A DNA stretch of 64,000 bases. It comes from the human T2T-CHM13v2.0 reference genome, Homo sapiens. Positions 13,131-24,780 of the stretch are shown in pieces. Numbering within the stretch: the first letter of the stretch is position 1; the number at the start of each line of letters is the position of its first letter. The translations under genes and the position numbers were made by a program. The stretch lies in assembly GCF_009914755.1 (NCBI RefSeq), contig NC_060930.1; one strand, given 5' to 3'. The notes beneath the pieces are model-generated. The model was not told the DNA's origin. It ran no database searches and was given only the letters and a program-made list of their open reading frames with translations.

Positions 13131-13744
13131 CAGGTTTAAAGGGGGTTTCTTTTGCTAGTACTTAAAAAAGTTAAAAATAATCACTACTATTAAATAGATC
13201 TTTAGTGTGTTTTAAATGGCAAAAGCACTTCACTCAGAATTGGTGATTCTGTTTCATGCGTGTGTTAAGTGGGGATAGGTTTGTGGCAAGAGTTGGATGC
13301 TGTTATCTTGCTGAATGGAGAAAGTATAATGTAAGTATATAGCTAATAGAGCAATTTGAGTTTCTGGGCCCTGTCCAGAGGTCAATAGGAAATCTGGTGA
13401 ATTTTCATTTTTTAATAGCACTATACAAATATACGACTGGTGTGGTGTTGCGTGAGAAGTGTTTGGTTTGGTGTAGAACAGAGCCCATGCCACAGCTCTG
13501 GGGGCCGCAGAGCACAGCAGGATTTAGTAGGGCCGTCTGGGGGTCGCCGTGCTGTGTAATGCGGGGGGCACTGGGAGGGAGGAGAGGAAAGCCTTAAAGT
13601 AAGAGGCACAAAGCACACGAGGGTGAGAGAAGCTGCAGGTGGTGAAAATGGAAATGAAGGGTTAAAAGGAAACCTTTTGAAAATCTGCACCGCCAGCCAT
13701 CCCCGAAATCGCTGCCTCTGGGGAACTGGAGAGCACAGCACATT

Positions 13745-14130
13745 CCTGTCAGCCGCGGCTCTCCAGGAAGGCAGAATCACAAGCGGTGCATGTAGATTAA
13801 GGGATTTATTTAAAGGCATTGGTGCCCAAGCTTGAGTTGGGCGAGTCTGAGACCCGCAGGGCAGGCTGGCAGGCGGGAAACTCAAGCGCAGTTTGTACCT
13901 TACAGAATGCAGGCGGGAATTCCTTCTCCAGGAACCCGCGGTTTTTGTTCTTAAAGCCAAGGGATTGGATGAGGCCCACACACATTGCGGAGGGTCACCT
14001 GCTCTACTCAGAGTCAACTGAGAACAGGCGCTCATCACAGCCTCCGCATACCCCCGCAGCAGCGTCTAGACTTGCGTCTGACCATCGGGCACCATGGCCC
14101 AGCCAGGTTCACATATGAGATTAAGCATCA
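13745..14130 (-). mobile_element. MLT2-family (ERVL) solo LTR
   Basis: gattggatgaggcccac.cacatt..ggaggg..a.ctgct.tactca.agtc.actga...ccaggtt.acatatga.attaa.catcaca is the antisense MLT2 signature. Confidence 0.75.
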
Positions 14131-15184
14131 CACTTCCCAAGGAAGGGACACCAAAATTATGTTTGAAACCCAGTGAGGTGTGGTCCACACACATACATGC
14201 CTGCAGGGACGAGGCAGGGACCTGAATGAGAGAAGGGTGAGCACAACCCACTTCTGGGCGCCAGCTCCTCGGTCCAGCCAACGCAGAGCAGAGTGAGGGC
14301 CCAGGGCTTGCAAATCTTCTGGTGTTCAAGAAGAGCTGAAAATCTAGCCTTTTAAAAATGCAGAGCCTCACTTGAAAGTAGGTGATGTAATATAATTTTA
14401 ATATATTCACTAACTATAATGTGAACGTTTTAAAATTATTTGTGAGCCAATCAAAATCTGTCAGTCAGCTGAATTTAGGCCTTGGGCAGCCAGTTAAAGG
14501 GTTGTGAAATGAACGGTATTTGAGTGGTCAATACACAGCCGCCAGCTCGGGAGCTTGCTCCCCACCCTAGCTGCCAGGTCTGTGATGAGAAAGCAGGTGT
14601 TCTTGGCCTAACAGAGAGTGCATGTCTGGATCTAATGCCTTCTCTCCTTCCCTCTCACCTGCTTCCTCCTCCTCCCTCTTCTCCCTCTGTAGACAGAGAT
14701 GCCTCTTGCCTGGAAGGGCTGCCTTGGCATCTAGGAGCAAAGGGAAACTCTCTGGGGCTGATTTCCATCCCACTCTTGTCTCCAGAAGCTGCTAGAGATG
14801 TAAAGTGAAAATGATAGAAGAAATGTCACAGAAGGAAAACTCAATTCCCTTGTTGACTCAAAGTGGCACATTAAGCAAACTGTCACTTTTGATTGAAGAT
14901 GTGGGGAGCATTTTGTTCTCCTTTCCATGGGCTGAGCTGGGCTGACAGAGAGGATTCCTTCATGTGCTCCAAGTGACCACAGCCTGAACTGGCAGCCACA
15001 TCCCAGGGGAGGAGGTTGACACACACAAAGTTGGTGGTCTTGGCCCAACTCAGTTCCTTGGCAAACTCAGTTTTTTTGTCCTTGTATGACTTTTGGAAGC
15101 AGGTGGCTGCTGGGAAATGCAGTCCCTAGGTTTCACCAGCAGATAGGAGAGAGGGCAGAGCCATCCCCTAGAGCCTACATTTGG

Positions 15185-15325
15185 CATTTGAGTCCTAGTC
15201 TTGTCCCTTGCTGGTTGTGTGAGTTTGTGTGAGTTATTCCAACTCTCACATTTCCAGTTTGCTTATCTGTAAAATGGGTATTAATGATAGTACTTATCCC
15301 ATGTGTGTTTAAGATGAAGATGGGT
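15185..15325 (+). mobile_element. MIR
   Basis: Core cagttt.cttatctgtaaaatggg.at.aatgatagtact. Confidence 0.7.
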
Positions 15326-15869
15326 TATAGGCAAGAAAGCCAGGGTAGGCAGGGTGGAAACTGGTTATCATCTGCTAATCAGCCGTGGAGGAGACCCAGC
15401 CTCTTCCCCAATTCCTACAATTCCTACCATGTTGGACTCAGTTGGCTTAACTTAGGAAACAAGAAGTAGTTTGGGCCCAATATTAATGCTGCTATCCTTT
15501 ATTGGAATGTTAAATACAACAGAACAACTGTTTCATGTTATTGTATACTTTTGGAATAAAATCTATAAAAGAGAAATCCTCTAGCACTTTTTGGTTGCTA
15601 ACTCTTACATATGTAAGTTTTCTTTTCATTTAAAATATTCTCCAAAAATAATCTTAAGTTCCCATATCTGTAGATGCATTGCTGTTTTATTCACTCATTA
15701 CAAAAAGAGAGTCTGATCGATTGAGGGTACAGAATTCAATGTTTCCCAAACATACTTCATCATGGAACTTTCCTGTGGGGCATCTCCAAGGACAAGCGTT
15801 GGCATGAACTCACATTGAAGGAGGCTGCTTTAGCAATTCAACGTTTCCAAGAACCTTATTGGGTACAGA

Positions 15870-15990
15870 TTAGTATGACCTCATTTTTATAGACACGGAA
15901 ACAAGGTGGTTATGTGACTTGCCGGAGAGTGTAAGTTACAAGTGACACATGGAGAACCTGGAATTTTAACCCAAGGATGTCTGGCTTCAT
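15870..15990 (-). mobile_element. MIR
   Basis: cattttatagac.cggaaac..gg...gtgacttgcc...ggaatttt.aacccaag. Confidence 0.6.
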
Positions 15991-16470
15991 GCACCATCTA
16001 CCTCAGCCTCTTGCCTTGTTTTAGTTCTTTGGAAATTAAAGGCCTTGTCTTTGTCATCCTACAGTTACTACATGATCATGCTGTGGAGCATTTCACTGAG
16101 TTTCTTCTGGGTGCCTGGATTTTGTGACCGTTTGGTGGCCTTTAAGAAGAGACTTTATGGTAAGATGTTTCTGAAAGTTTCCACCAGGTGCAGGTGATGC
16201 ATTTGAGTTGACAGCAAGCAAGCGTGCTGCCAGGGTCAAACGCTGGCCAGGACCACAGGCTTCCAGCACCTTCCCGAGCCCAAGCTCAGGATCTGTTCTC
16301 CTTGCCAACACTTGTAGATGTTTTTCTATTGGGGTATGCAGGAAATTCTTCTTTGGATGGCTTTAATATATTTCAGTTCTGTCCTAGCCTTCTATTCTGC
16401 ATGTGTGACAGCAGGTCGAGAGCGGCACGACCTGTGGGGACTGATGGCACAGCAGACAAGGGGGCATGGG

Positions 16471-16658
16471 CAGTGACGTTCTGGAGAGTCGGCTGTGAAA
16501 TATTCAGGAATTTGGACAGCCAGTTGTTAAAACTGTTGGTAGCTTATTATCAGCCATGCTGGGAGTATATATACACTGGAAATTGGAAAATGCTACAAGT
16601 CAAAACTGCTGCTGCTTTTCTTTTTCCACAGAGAGTCAGTTTTGCCAGTACACCTCTG
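16471..16658 (+). mobile_element. MER63A-like hAT-Blackjack element
   Basis: aaatattcaggaattt..agccagttgttaaa..gttggtagctt..cagccatg.tgggagtat..gagagtcagttt.gccagtacacctctg. Confidence 0.7.
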
Positions 16659-16734
16659 GATATAAAGAAAATCAAAATATAAGTGAGCAAAAATAAGCCC
16701 AAAGACAAAAGTGGCAAGGAGGAGAAAAATGGGG

Positions 16735-17391
16735 GCTACAGTCTGAAGGTTAGTGTTCCCCACAAAATTCATGTTTAAACTCGTGGTGGTAGGGTTGGTC
16801 ATGGTGGCTCATGCCTCTAATCCCAGCACTTCAGGAGGCCGAGGTGGGTGGATCACTTGAGCCCAGGAGTTTGAGACCAATCTGGGCAACATAGCGAAAA
16901 CTCCATCTCAACTAAAAATACAAAAATTAGCCAGCATGATGGTGCACACCTGTAATCCCAGTTACTTGGGAGGCTGAGGTATGAGAATCCCAGAGGTGGA
17001 GGTTGCAGTGAGCCGAGATTCCGAGATCATGCCATTGCACTCCAGCCTGGGCAACAGAACAAGACTGTCTCAAAAAATAATAATAAAACAACCTGTGGTG
17101 GTATTAAGAGGTAGGGCTTTTTGATTAGGTCCTGAGGATGGGGCCCTCATGAATGGGGCTACTGCTCTTATAGAAAGGGCTCAAGGAAGTTCCCTGGCCT
17201 TTTCCACCATGTGAGGGCACAGCAACATGGTGCCATTTTTGAAGCTGAGAGCAGCCCTCACCAGACACTGGATCTGCTGGCACCTTATCTTGGACTTCCC
17301 AGGCTCCAGAGCCTCAATCAATGCATTTTTGTTATTTATAAATTACCCAGTCTACAGTGTTGTGTTAGAGCAGCCCAAAGAGACTAAGACA
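16735..17391 (+). mobile_element. MST/MLT1A-type MaLR LTR split by an Alu
   Basis: 5' part ..gttccccacaaaattcatgtt.aaac; 3' part ccctcaccagacac...ttggacttccca...gactaagaca; duplicated gtggtggta flanks the Alu. Confidence 0.8.
16792..17087 (+). mobile_element. Alu nested in MaLR LTR
   Basis: Dimeric Alu with A-rich tail. Confidence 0.93.
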
Positions 17392-17718
17392 AGAGGAGAC
17401 CAGAACGTAAGAGCGCTGGAGCAGTTCCAGGAGATCTAGGACTGCATCTCAGTTTTGTTGTTTAGTGGCCGTGTGGGCTCGGCCAAGCTCCTGAGCCTCT
17501 TGGAGTATCAGTTTTCTGATCTATAAATGAGGATATTGATACCTTCCTTGCTTACCTCACAGGTTTTGTCAACAAGAACTACTTATTATACAACTACATT
17601 GGGGCTTTTTGCATTTTGGCTGTGCTGACTTATGGAAGCAGGCATACACTGGGTGTGTGAGTGTAGACTGTCTACGCTCTTGAACCATGTGTCTGATTTA
17701 TGGAAAAGTGTGTCAGAG

Positions 17719-18085
17719 TATGAGTCAGTTTTCTCTTGCTGCAACTGAATACCACAGACAGGGTAATTTATAAATAATGGAGGTTGATTTAGCTCATGGT
17801 TCTAGAGGCCGAGAAGTCCAGGATCGGCAGCTGCATCTCGTGAGGGCCTTCTTACTATGTTATCTCACAGTGGAAGAGTAGAAGGGCAAGCAAGTGTTTG
17901 TGAAAGAGAAAGCACAAGGGGCCAGGCTCAGTTTATAACAACCCATTCTTGCTATAACTAACCCATTTATTCATGTGGGTGGGGCTCCATGACCTAATCA
18001 CTTCCTAAAGGCCTCACCTCCTGCCCTCTTAGAATGACAATTAAGTTTCACCTTGAGTTTTGGAGAGGACATTCAAATCACAGCA
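17719..18085 (-). mobile_element. MST-family MaLR LTR
   Basis: gggtaatttataaa...gatttagctcatggttctagaggc...catgacctaatcacttcctaaaggcc...ggacattcaaatcacagca. Confidence 0.8.
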
Positions 18086-19174
18086 GGCTGATTATGAGGA
18101 AGCGAAGATAAAACAGCCAGGGCCGTATAGGAGTGCCTGTCACATTCTTGTAAAGGAAGGTCATTAGCTGAACTGGGTTTTGAAATGTCAGAGAGTGAAG
18201 GAGTAAGGGAGCATTACCTGCAGAGAAAGAAGAAAACAAGAGGGCTGGGCTCTCTGTGTAACAGCAGCATTGCTGCAATGCTGGGAGGAAGGCAGGAGAA
18301 AGGGTCTTACTCAAGGAAGACAAAAGAGAAGGTATTTCGCTCTTCTGTTTTCACTGTACTTTTGATTTCTCACCACAAACCACACAATATTTTTTAAGGG
18401 TCCCCCTTTTATTGAAAAATCTTGCGCCATTTGTGGAGAGGAGAATGTGGCCTTCTAAGTTACACCGAGGGAAACGTTGATCACTCCTCTGCATGTCGGG
18501 CAGGGTCTGGCCTGCAAGCAGCTGAATTCCCCTGGGTGGTTTTGAGTGGCACTTTTGTGTGCTTGTTCAGCCGTCCCCACAGTCCCTTGAAGAAGGTGCA
18601 ACCATCTTCATTTTTTTTCAGGTAAAAAAGTAGACATCATGTGTTGTTGTGCCCAAGACCACACAGCTAAAGAGCAGCAGAGATAAGACCCAAACCGAGG
18701 GCCTACAAGCTTCCAGTCCAGTGAACCGTAAACCAAAATGTGGAGTATGAGACGAGCGGAGATGCTGCAGTTTCCTAGACTTAAAGACTGTAGGCCTTCA
18801 GTTTGAGTCTTATCTCTGCTGCTCTTTAGCTGTGTGATGGAATGGGAGGTTCAGGCTCCTGTTCTAATTGCAGAGCTTGGTGGCATGAGAGGAGATGATC
18901 CAATGGCACATGGAGCTGTCACGAGGACGCTCTGCCACTGATCACGGTCATGCTGACAGAATTCCTGGATACACTTGTCCTCTAACCTGCGATTTCAGTG
19001 ACAAAGAAGACTTAAAAATGGAGATGGCCTGTGAGCTCATGGACTAGAGTGTGGTGTGGCCACATCGTACACTTATTGTCGGCCTGGTTGTAGTGTCCAG
19101 GTTCCAGCTACAGAGATTTCTTCTTAGTTTCTGAAGATACTAAGCATTTCCTGATTTTCAAAGAAGCACTTTTC

Positions 19175-19895
19175 CACTGCACATCCATTAGGATGGCTAC
19201 TATAAAAACAGACAAACAAGCTGGAGAAGAACAAGTGTTGGTGAGGATATGAAGAAACTGGAACCCTTGTGTGCTGCTGGTGGGAATGCAAAAAGTGCAG
19301 CTGCTGTGAAAACAATATGGCAGTTCCTCACAACATCAAACACTGAATTGTCATATGATTCAGAAATTCCACTCCTGGGTATATCTGCAAAAGAACTCAA
19401 CTAGGTCTCCAAGAGATGTTTGTACACCTGTGTTCACAACAGCACTATTTACAACAACCAAAAGGTGAATGTAACCCATGGATGCGTGGATAAGCAAAAT
19501 GTGGTGTATGCAAGCAGTGGAATATCATTCATCCTTCAACAAAAAGGAAATTCTGACACAAGCCGTCACATGGGTGAGCCTTGAGGATATCATGCTAAGT
19601 AGAATAATCTAGCCATAAAAGGAAAATCCTATAGGTTTCCAGTCATAGGAGGAACATAGAGTGGTCAAATCCATAGCGAGAGAAAGTAGAGTGGTTGTTG
19701 ACTGGGGCCGGGGAAACGGAAGTGGGGGGTTGCTATATAATGGGGCAGAGTTTCAGTTTTACCAGCCGAGGAGAGTTCTGGCGGTCGCCGGTGGTGGTGG
19801 TTGCACAGCAGTGTGATGTACTTAAAGGCACTGAATTGCACTTACAAATGATGAGAATGATACATTTTATGTATCTTTTACCACACACGCTAAAG
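19175..19895 (+). mobile_element. L1MB-type LINE 3' end
   Basis: caagtgttggtgaggatatg.agaaactggaaccct...aaggaaattctgaca...atgtacttaa.gcactgaattg.acttac.aatg. Confidence 0.85.
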
Positions 19896-20869
19896 AGGCA
19901 TTATGAGGATGGCTATTATTTGAGGACCTCACAAGTACTTAGTGGAATGTTCTGGAAGCCCCTGGGAGTCACGAAATGCATTTCACAGTCCCCAGCCATG
20001 CTCACAGGCAAATGCAGAGTCCTTTTATTGTCCTGACCTTTAAATAAACCGAAAGTGTTGATTTTATTACTGGCAGAAATGATTATGAGAAGACAGAGGA
20101 CGAGCTTTCTCTAGCTGTCACCCAGTAGATTTTAGAAAGAGAAACAACTAACGGAGTTTCCCAGCTGATAGCATTGCCTCCGTATGGACAAGAAATTCAT
20201 CACTCCCGTGGAAACTGAAGCTCCTGGCTGTCTTTCCTGGATCTGCCAGAATTCTGACGGTGCCGATTTGCATGACTCTCAGACATGATGGTGCCCCTGC
20301 CTCATCACAGCAAGTGAGTCACGGGAGAAAAGAAACTGGAACTTGCTATTGGCAGCAAAACAGTCGTGGTCCTGAGACTCGCCATTCACCGTCTGTCCAC
20401 ACTTCCCTTTTGAGTCATTTCCTTATTCAGAGACAATAACGTGGAGAAGAATAAGACCCTTGTTATCTCATCTCTTTGAAGAAGAAACCCCATCTATGTG
20501 CAGTGCTGTGGATGCTCCTTTGATGAGATGGGGCTGGACACGTGAGAAACATCCCCGGAGGTGGGGGCCACTCGCGTGATCCTCAGCCTCCCAAGGGACA
20601 AGAAAAGTCCCATTTCATAGATGTGAGAAGCGAAATGAGGCACACAGAATAGCCATAGGAGATCCCAAAAGGATCTGCTACACAAGAAGAATGATAATCA
20701 ACCTTTGATTTAACAGAACTTTTCAACTTCCAGTTCATAAGACACCCTTCCCATGCCAGGTTCTGTGTTGAGAATACAGAGGGAAAAACTATGTCCCCAA
20801 AGCCCCCACAATCTGGTTGGGGAAGTAAGCAATGAAAATAGAATTGTGTGATCACTTAAAAACAGCAAA

Positions 20870-21070
20870 TTAGTATTTACTGATGCTTATGACATACTGT
20901 GCTAAATGTTTTGTGTTATTTTACTTAATCCCCACCATAATCCCACGAGGTACATTTTACTATCCCCATTTTACAGAAGTCCCCTTCTGTCCCAGGTCAC
21001 AGAGCTAAGAAGTGATGGGGCAGGATGTTGTTGCCCAGGCCCTGAGCCACTCACCCGGCGAGTCTTAGAC
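20870..21070 (-). mobile_element. MIR
   Basis: tatccccattttacaga...cccaggtcacagagctaagaagtg. Confidence 0.65.
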
Positions 21071-21539
21071 CTGACTGCCCATTGATAGAATTAATGAGGG
21101 GACTTCAGACCTACCAGTGCCCAGGCTCCTCCCCAGGCCAACTGAACCAGAACGCCCGGGGCTGGCCGAGGTATCAGGGCTTCCTAAAAGCTCTGGACCC
21201 CCCAGGCCTGCAGCGCTGCATCAGGCACACCTGTGAGCAGAGTGGAGGGCTGCCAGCTCCACCCAGGAGATGTCAGAAAGAACTCGAGAGACAGCGGTGT
21301 GGAGCTGACACCACCCCAGATATAGGCGCATTTTGCCAGGCTAAAAATGCACACAGGGAAGGCAGAGTGTACAGAAAGTTGTGGTATCCTGGAGAAAAGA
21401 CAGTGCATTCCCAGGGAAAAAGCCATAGATCAAGGGGTTTGGGAGAGTCTGTAGCCCCATGACATTCCCGCGCACAGTGCTGGACTGCAGAGCTTTTCCT
21501 GTGAGTGGAGGGGTGGGCTGTATCCCTCCAGTGGGAGCC

Positions 21540-21634
21540 TATTCCTACAGGGCATCTGTCCCCACCTGTGGGGGTCTATTCCTACAGGGCATCTGTCCCC
21601 ACCTGTGGGGGTCTATTCCTACAGGGCATCTGTC
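21540..21634. repeat. 37-bp minisatellite, ~2.6 perfect copies
   Basis: tattcctacagggcatctgtccccacctgtgggggtc at 21540, 21577, partial 21614. Confidence 0.95.
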
Positions 21635-21936
21635 AGGGGGCCATGCCACTTCACTGTGTGGATTCCACCTGTGCAGAGAGTTATGGATCTCAACATCCAA
21701 CAGCAGAAAAACAGTTAAGAAACACCCATAGTGTCGACTATTGTGTAACCATGCAAAGAATGCTTATGGGGCATTTATTATGATATGAAAAATGATTCTG
21801 TCAAATGTTAGGTTTTTCAAAGCAGCACTTAAAATTATATATGCATTAAGATCAGGGGAAGAAAAATGAAGATATTTCCTTTCTGTTTCAAGGGAAGAAA
21901 ACAGGCACAGTGTAGAACGAGTCCACATTAAAGAAT

Positions 21937-21942
21937 TTTATT
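21937..21942 (-). terminator. GPR31: Likely GPR31 polyadenylation signal (AATAAA on minus strand)
   Basis: TTTATT on plus; GU/U-rich tract (tgtgcctgttttctt) downstream on minus; implies ~1.6-kb 3' UTR. Confidence 0.55.
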
Positions 21943-22262
21943 CAGACATTTCACAACTATCTGGTCACTGTTCCCTTCTTAGCCCTTTGAAATTCTATTC
22001 ACTTAGGAGGAAATAAAACCTCAGACAGTAGCAAAGTAATGCTGGTAGAATTCCAAATTATACTCCTTTCGTTGGGCAGATTTTTACACCCTTCCTTAGC
22101 AGAACAGGTGGAACTCACTCCCACATTTCAAATTTGGTTCTGATAAGGAACCTCCCTGGCAGGCTGTCAGCTCTGCAGATGGGAGACTTGCCATTTTCTG
22201 TTGCCTAGAGCCATCATTTTTGACCTCGAATTTGACAGAAAGCTTGGGACCACCCCTGTGGG

Positions 22263-22343
22263 ATAATTGAAGGCATCAAAACACCACAGAACTGATATTT
22301 AGTACAAAAGTGTTTTATCGTGTTAGGAGATAAAGAATAGTTT
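22263..22343 (+). repeat. Left arm of 81-bp inverted duplicate (partner 26034-26114)
   Basis: 76/81 identity to the reverse complement of 26034-26114. Confidence 0.93.
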
Positions 22344-23546
22344 CTGCACACGAATAACATGAGTGCAGCTCCAGGGAGGCTGAGGGGCAGCTCACCAGGC
22401 CCATGTCGTGACAAGGCAGGCCTCCCGCCTCCTCTGGGCATGGTGGTGACTGCTTTTTGGCCCTAAGCAAACTTTTAGGTTTGAGCAGAGAATGAGAGAT
22501 AAGGCAACAAGGAAAGTGACTTTGAAAATCTTTTATCATCATCGTGAGACTCAGTTTTGGAATACAATTTACAAGGAATGAGATGAAAAGATGGCAGCTG
22601 TTGTAACGGCATCCAGAGGCTGGGGCTGGACGCCTGCCCACCTTCACACTGTGGCCCATGGAGCCCTGGCATGTCCCGAGCACCATTGTCCACCAGCTGT
22701 GCCAGTGGGGTTGGAAATGACCATTTCAAACACCACGTGATAGCTTACATTGTGCACTTCTCGCAGGAGGCATAAAGTTCTGTGACCTTTTTTTCACATC
22801 GGGGGAAGCAAAGTACATTTCAAAAGCCTTTTAGACATTCAAACTTAAAAAACAGCTCTAGAGGCAAATTCCAGAAACGTATCAGGAAAGCATTTCTTAC
22901 AGTAAACTAGGGAACTCACTACATTTTCCTTAACATAATGTATAATCTAGAAAAATGAAGCAAAATTTTATGAAAACAAAAATGTTATGTTCCAAATAAA
23001 GGCTAGCATGTACGACAGTACCTTATATACAGCAGAGTCTCTTTTTAGAACCAGGGCACTTTCTGATGTCGGTCATCCCCAGTCTGCACAGCAGGTGGGA
23101 AGAAAACATAGTTTTTTTTTTGTATTTAAAACTGAAGCATAATAAATGAAAATGACTTGCTGAGACCAAGTAAGAGTTGGAAAGATGCCATCACCCGGCT
23201 TTCTTCTCTTCCTTCACTGATTTAGCAAATTACATTTCTTCAAGTGTGGAGATGGAGTAGCTGCCCGACTTTTCAGTTCAGCAACTGAATCTGCATCATA
23301 GTTGGGTAGGAGGAGGTTCTAGCTTGTTCATTTTGATTTGCCACTCTACAAGGTAAAATCACAGAGGACCACCCTGGTCAACAAAGTATAAGACCACACC
23401 TGCAGCAACTGTGCCCATGTTTATGCTCTGATCCTTGTATTGCAGTCTTAAGACTTCTTCTTCTTCCAGAATCCCAAAGTAGGAGTAATTATTATTTAGG
23501 TCGCAGGTAGTTCCATAAACACGGGCGTTGAGGACGCTGGCTGTTG

Positions 23547-24506
23547 TCAGGAATAGGAGTCTCTGGGGTTGAAATCTGGGGGCTCTGCTGCCTGCCCTTT
23601 GCCTCGGAGGGTGTGGAAGACCCTCCGATAGGAGCTCCTGAAGGTGGGGCTGGAGAAGCAGTATACCACGGGGTTGAGCACACTGTGCAGGTAGGTGAGG
23701 CTGCCCGTGACATCCGAGGTATGAGCCACTGCACAAAGGGCCCTGCAGCTCCCCAGATTCTGGAAGATGTGCATCAGGACTCTGGCCAGGAAGCAGGGCA
23801 GAAAGCACAGAGCAAACAGCACCACCACCAAGGTGACCAGTGCCTGGGCCCGCTGAAGCTTGGGCTGTTTCTCAGGCTCCCGGAGTCTTTTCTGGAGAGC
23901 CCTGATGATGCCTGCATTGCAGAACACGATGAGGCCAAAGGGGAGGACAAACTGAAGGCAGGAGAGTGCTTCCTGCCAGATGATGCTGAAGGAGCCGTCT
24001 GCCCTGGAGTAGAAACTGTGGCACCTGGTGGAGTTCTGGGCGGCCTCAGAGATGAGCAAGCCCGGGCAGGTGAGGGCGACCATCAGGAGCCAGACGAGGC
24101 CCGAGACCCCCAGGGCCGCCTGAGGAGACAGCAGGTTGACCTTAAGCCGAGGGTGGACCACACGGAGGTACCGGTCCAAAGCCACGGCGGCCAGGAAGGC
24201 CATCCCCACGCTGCGGCTGAGGTCCAGCAGGAAGCGCAGGGCCCAGCAGCCCACACGGCCCAGATGCCAAGCCTGGAGGCTCAGGTAGAAGGCGGCCAGG
24301 AAAGGCAGGCACGCAGCCAACAGCAGGTCAGCCAGGGCCAGGTTGAGCAGGTAGACAGCGTACGGCTTCCACACCCTGACCCGGAACAGGAAGGTCCACA
24401 GCGCCACCGCGTTGCCCAGCAGACCCAGCCCACACTCCAGCCCCAGCAAGACACCCACAGCTGTGGCCACCACAGTGCTGGGGGCTGAGCAGTTTGGGAA
24501 TGGCAT
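23547..24506 (-). CDS. GPR31: GPR31, class A GPCR (12(S)-HETE / lactate-pyruvate receptor), 319 aa, no intron in CDS
   Basis: ATG at 24506: MPFPNCSAPST...; GNAVAL, LNLALADLL, DRY, CFLP, NPVVY motifs; ends NPRDSYS*. ORF-track start at 24674 is a TTG extension. Confidence 0.97.
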   Translation of the reverse strand: MPFPNCSAPSTVVATAVGVLLGLECGLGLLGNAVALWTFLFRVRVWKPYAVYLLNLALADLLLAACLPFLAAFYLSLQAWHLGRVGCWALRFLLDLSRSVGMAFLAAVALDRYLRVVHPRLKVNLLSPQAALGVSGLVWLLMVALTCPGLLISEAAQNSTRCHSFYSRADGSFSIIWQEALSCLQFVLPFGLIVFCNAGIIRALQKRLREPEKQPKLQRAQALVTLVVVLFALCFLPCFLARVLMHIFQNLGSCRALCAVAHTSDVTGSLTYLHSVLNPVVYCFSSPTFRSSYRRVFHTLRGKGQAAEPPDFNPRDSYS

Positions 24507-24549
24507 CACCCGGCCGTGAGGGGCTGCAGGCACAGCTGGAGCAGGTACA

Positions 24550-24780
24550 GGAGGAACTCTGTGCTCTTTCTTACAAAATGAAAGAAAAGGCCTTTTCCTG
24601 CCACAGAGTAGACAAGTTCTACATTTGCCCAACAAGAACAGTTCCTCAGCAGAATAGAGTCCACAGCAAACCAAAATTCATTTGGGGAAAGAGGATGAGC
24701 AGGGGAGGGAAAAGCCCCTTTGCAGTTGTGTTCTGTTTTCTTCCGCCATAAAAAAGGGGAAATGGTGTTTCGCTTCACAT
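24550..24780 (-). promoter_or_regulatory. GPR31: Candidate GPR31 proximal promoter with PU.1/IRF-type motifs
   Basis: GAGGAACT at ~24551 (+) and ~24640-24647 (-), AAAAGGGGAAAT at 24752-24763, IRF-like TGAAGCGAAAC at 24767-24777 (-); no TATA box. Confidence 0.4.

Noticed and set aside
22263-22343. 81-bp element as MADE1 mariner MITE
   Set aside because: Similar length but lacks MADE1 sequence and internal terminal inverted repeats
23544-24488. 314-aa plus-strand ORF antisense to GPR31
   Set aside because: TTG start, mirrors the GC3-rich GPR31 codons, no recognisable domain: a shadow ORF
24507-24674. 375-aa GPR31 starting at 24674
   Set aside because: Start is TTG; the first in-frame ATG after the upstream stop is 24506
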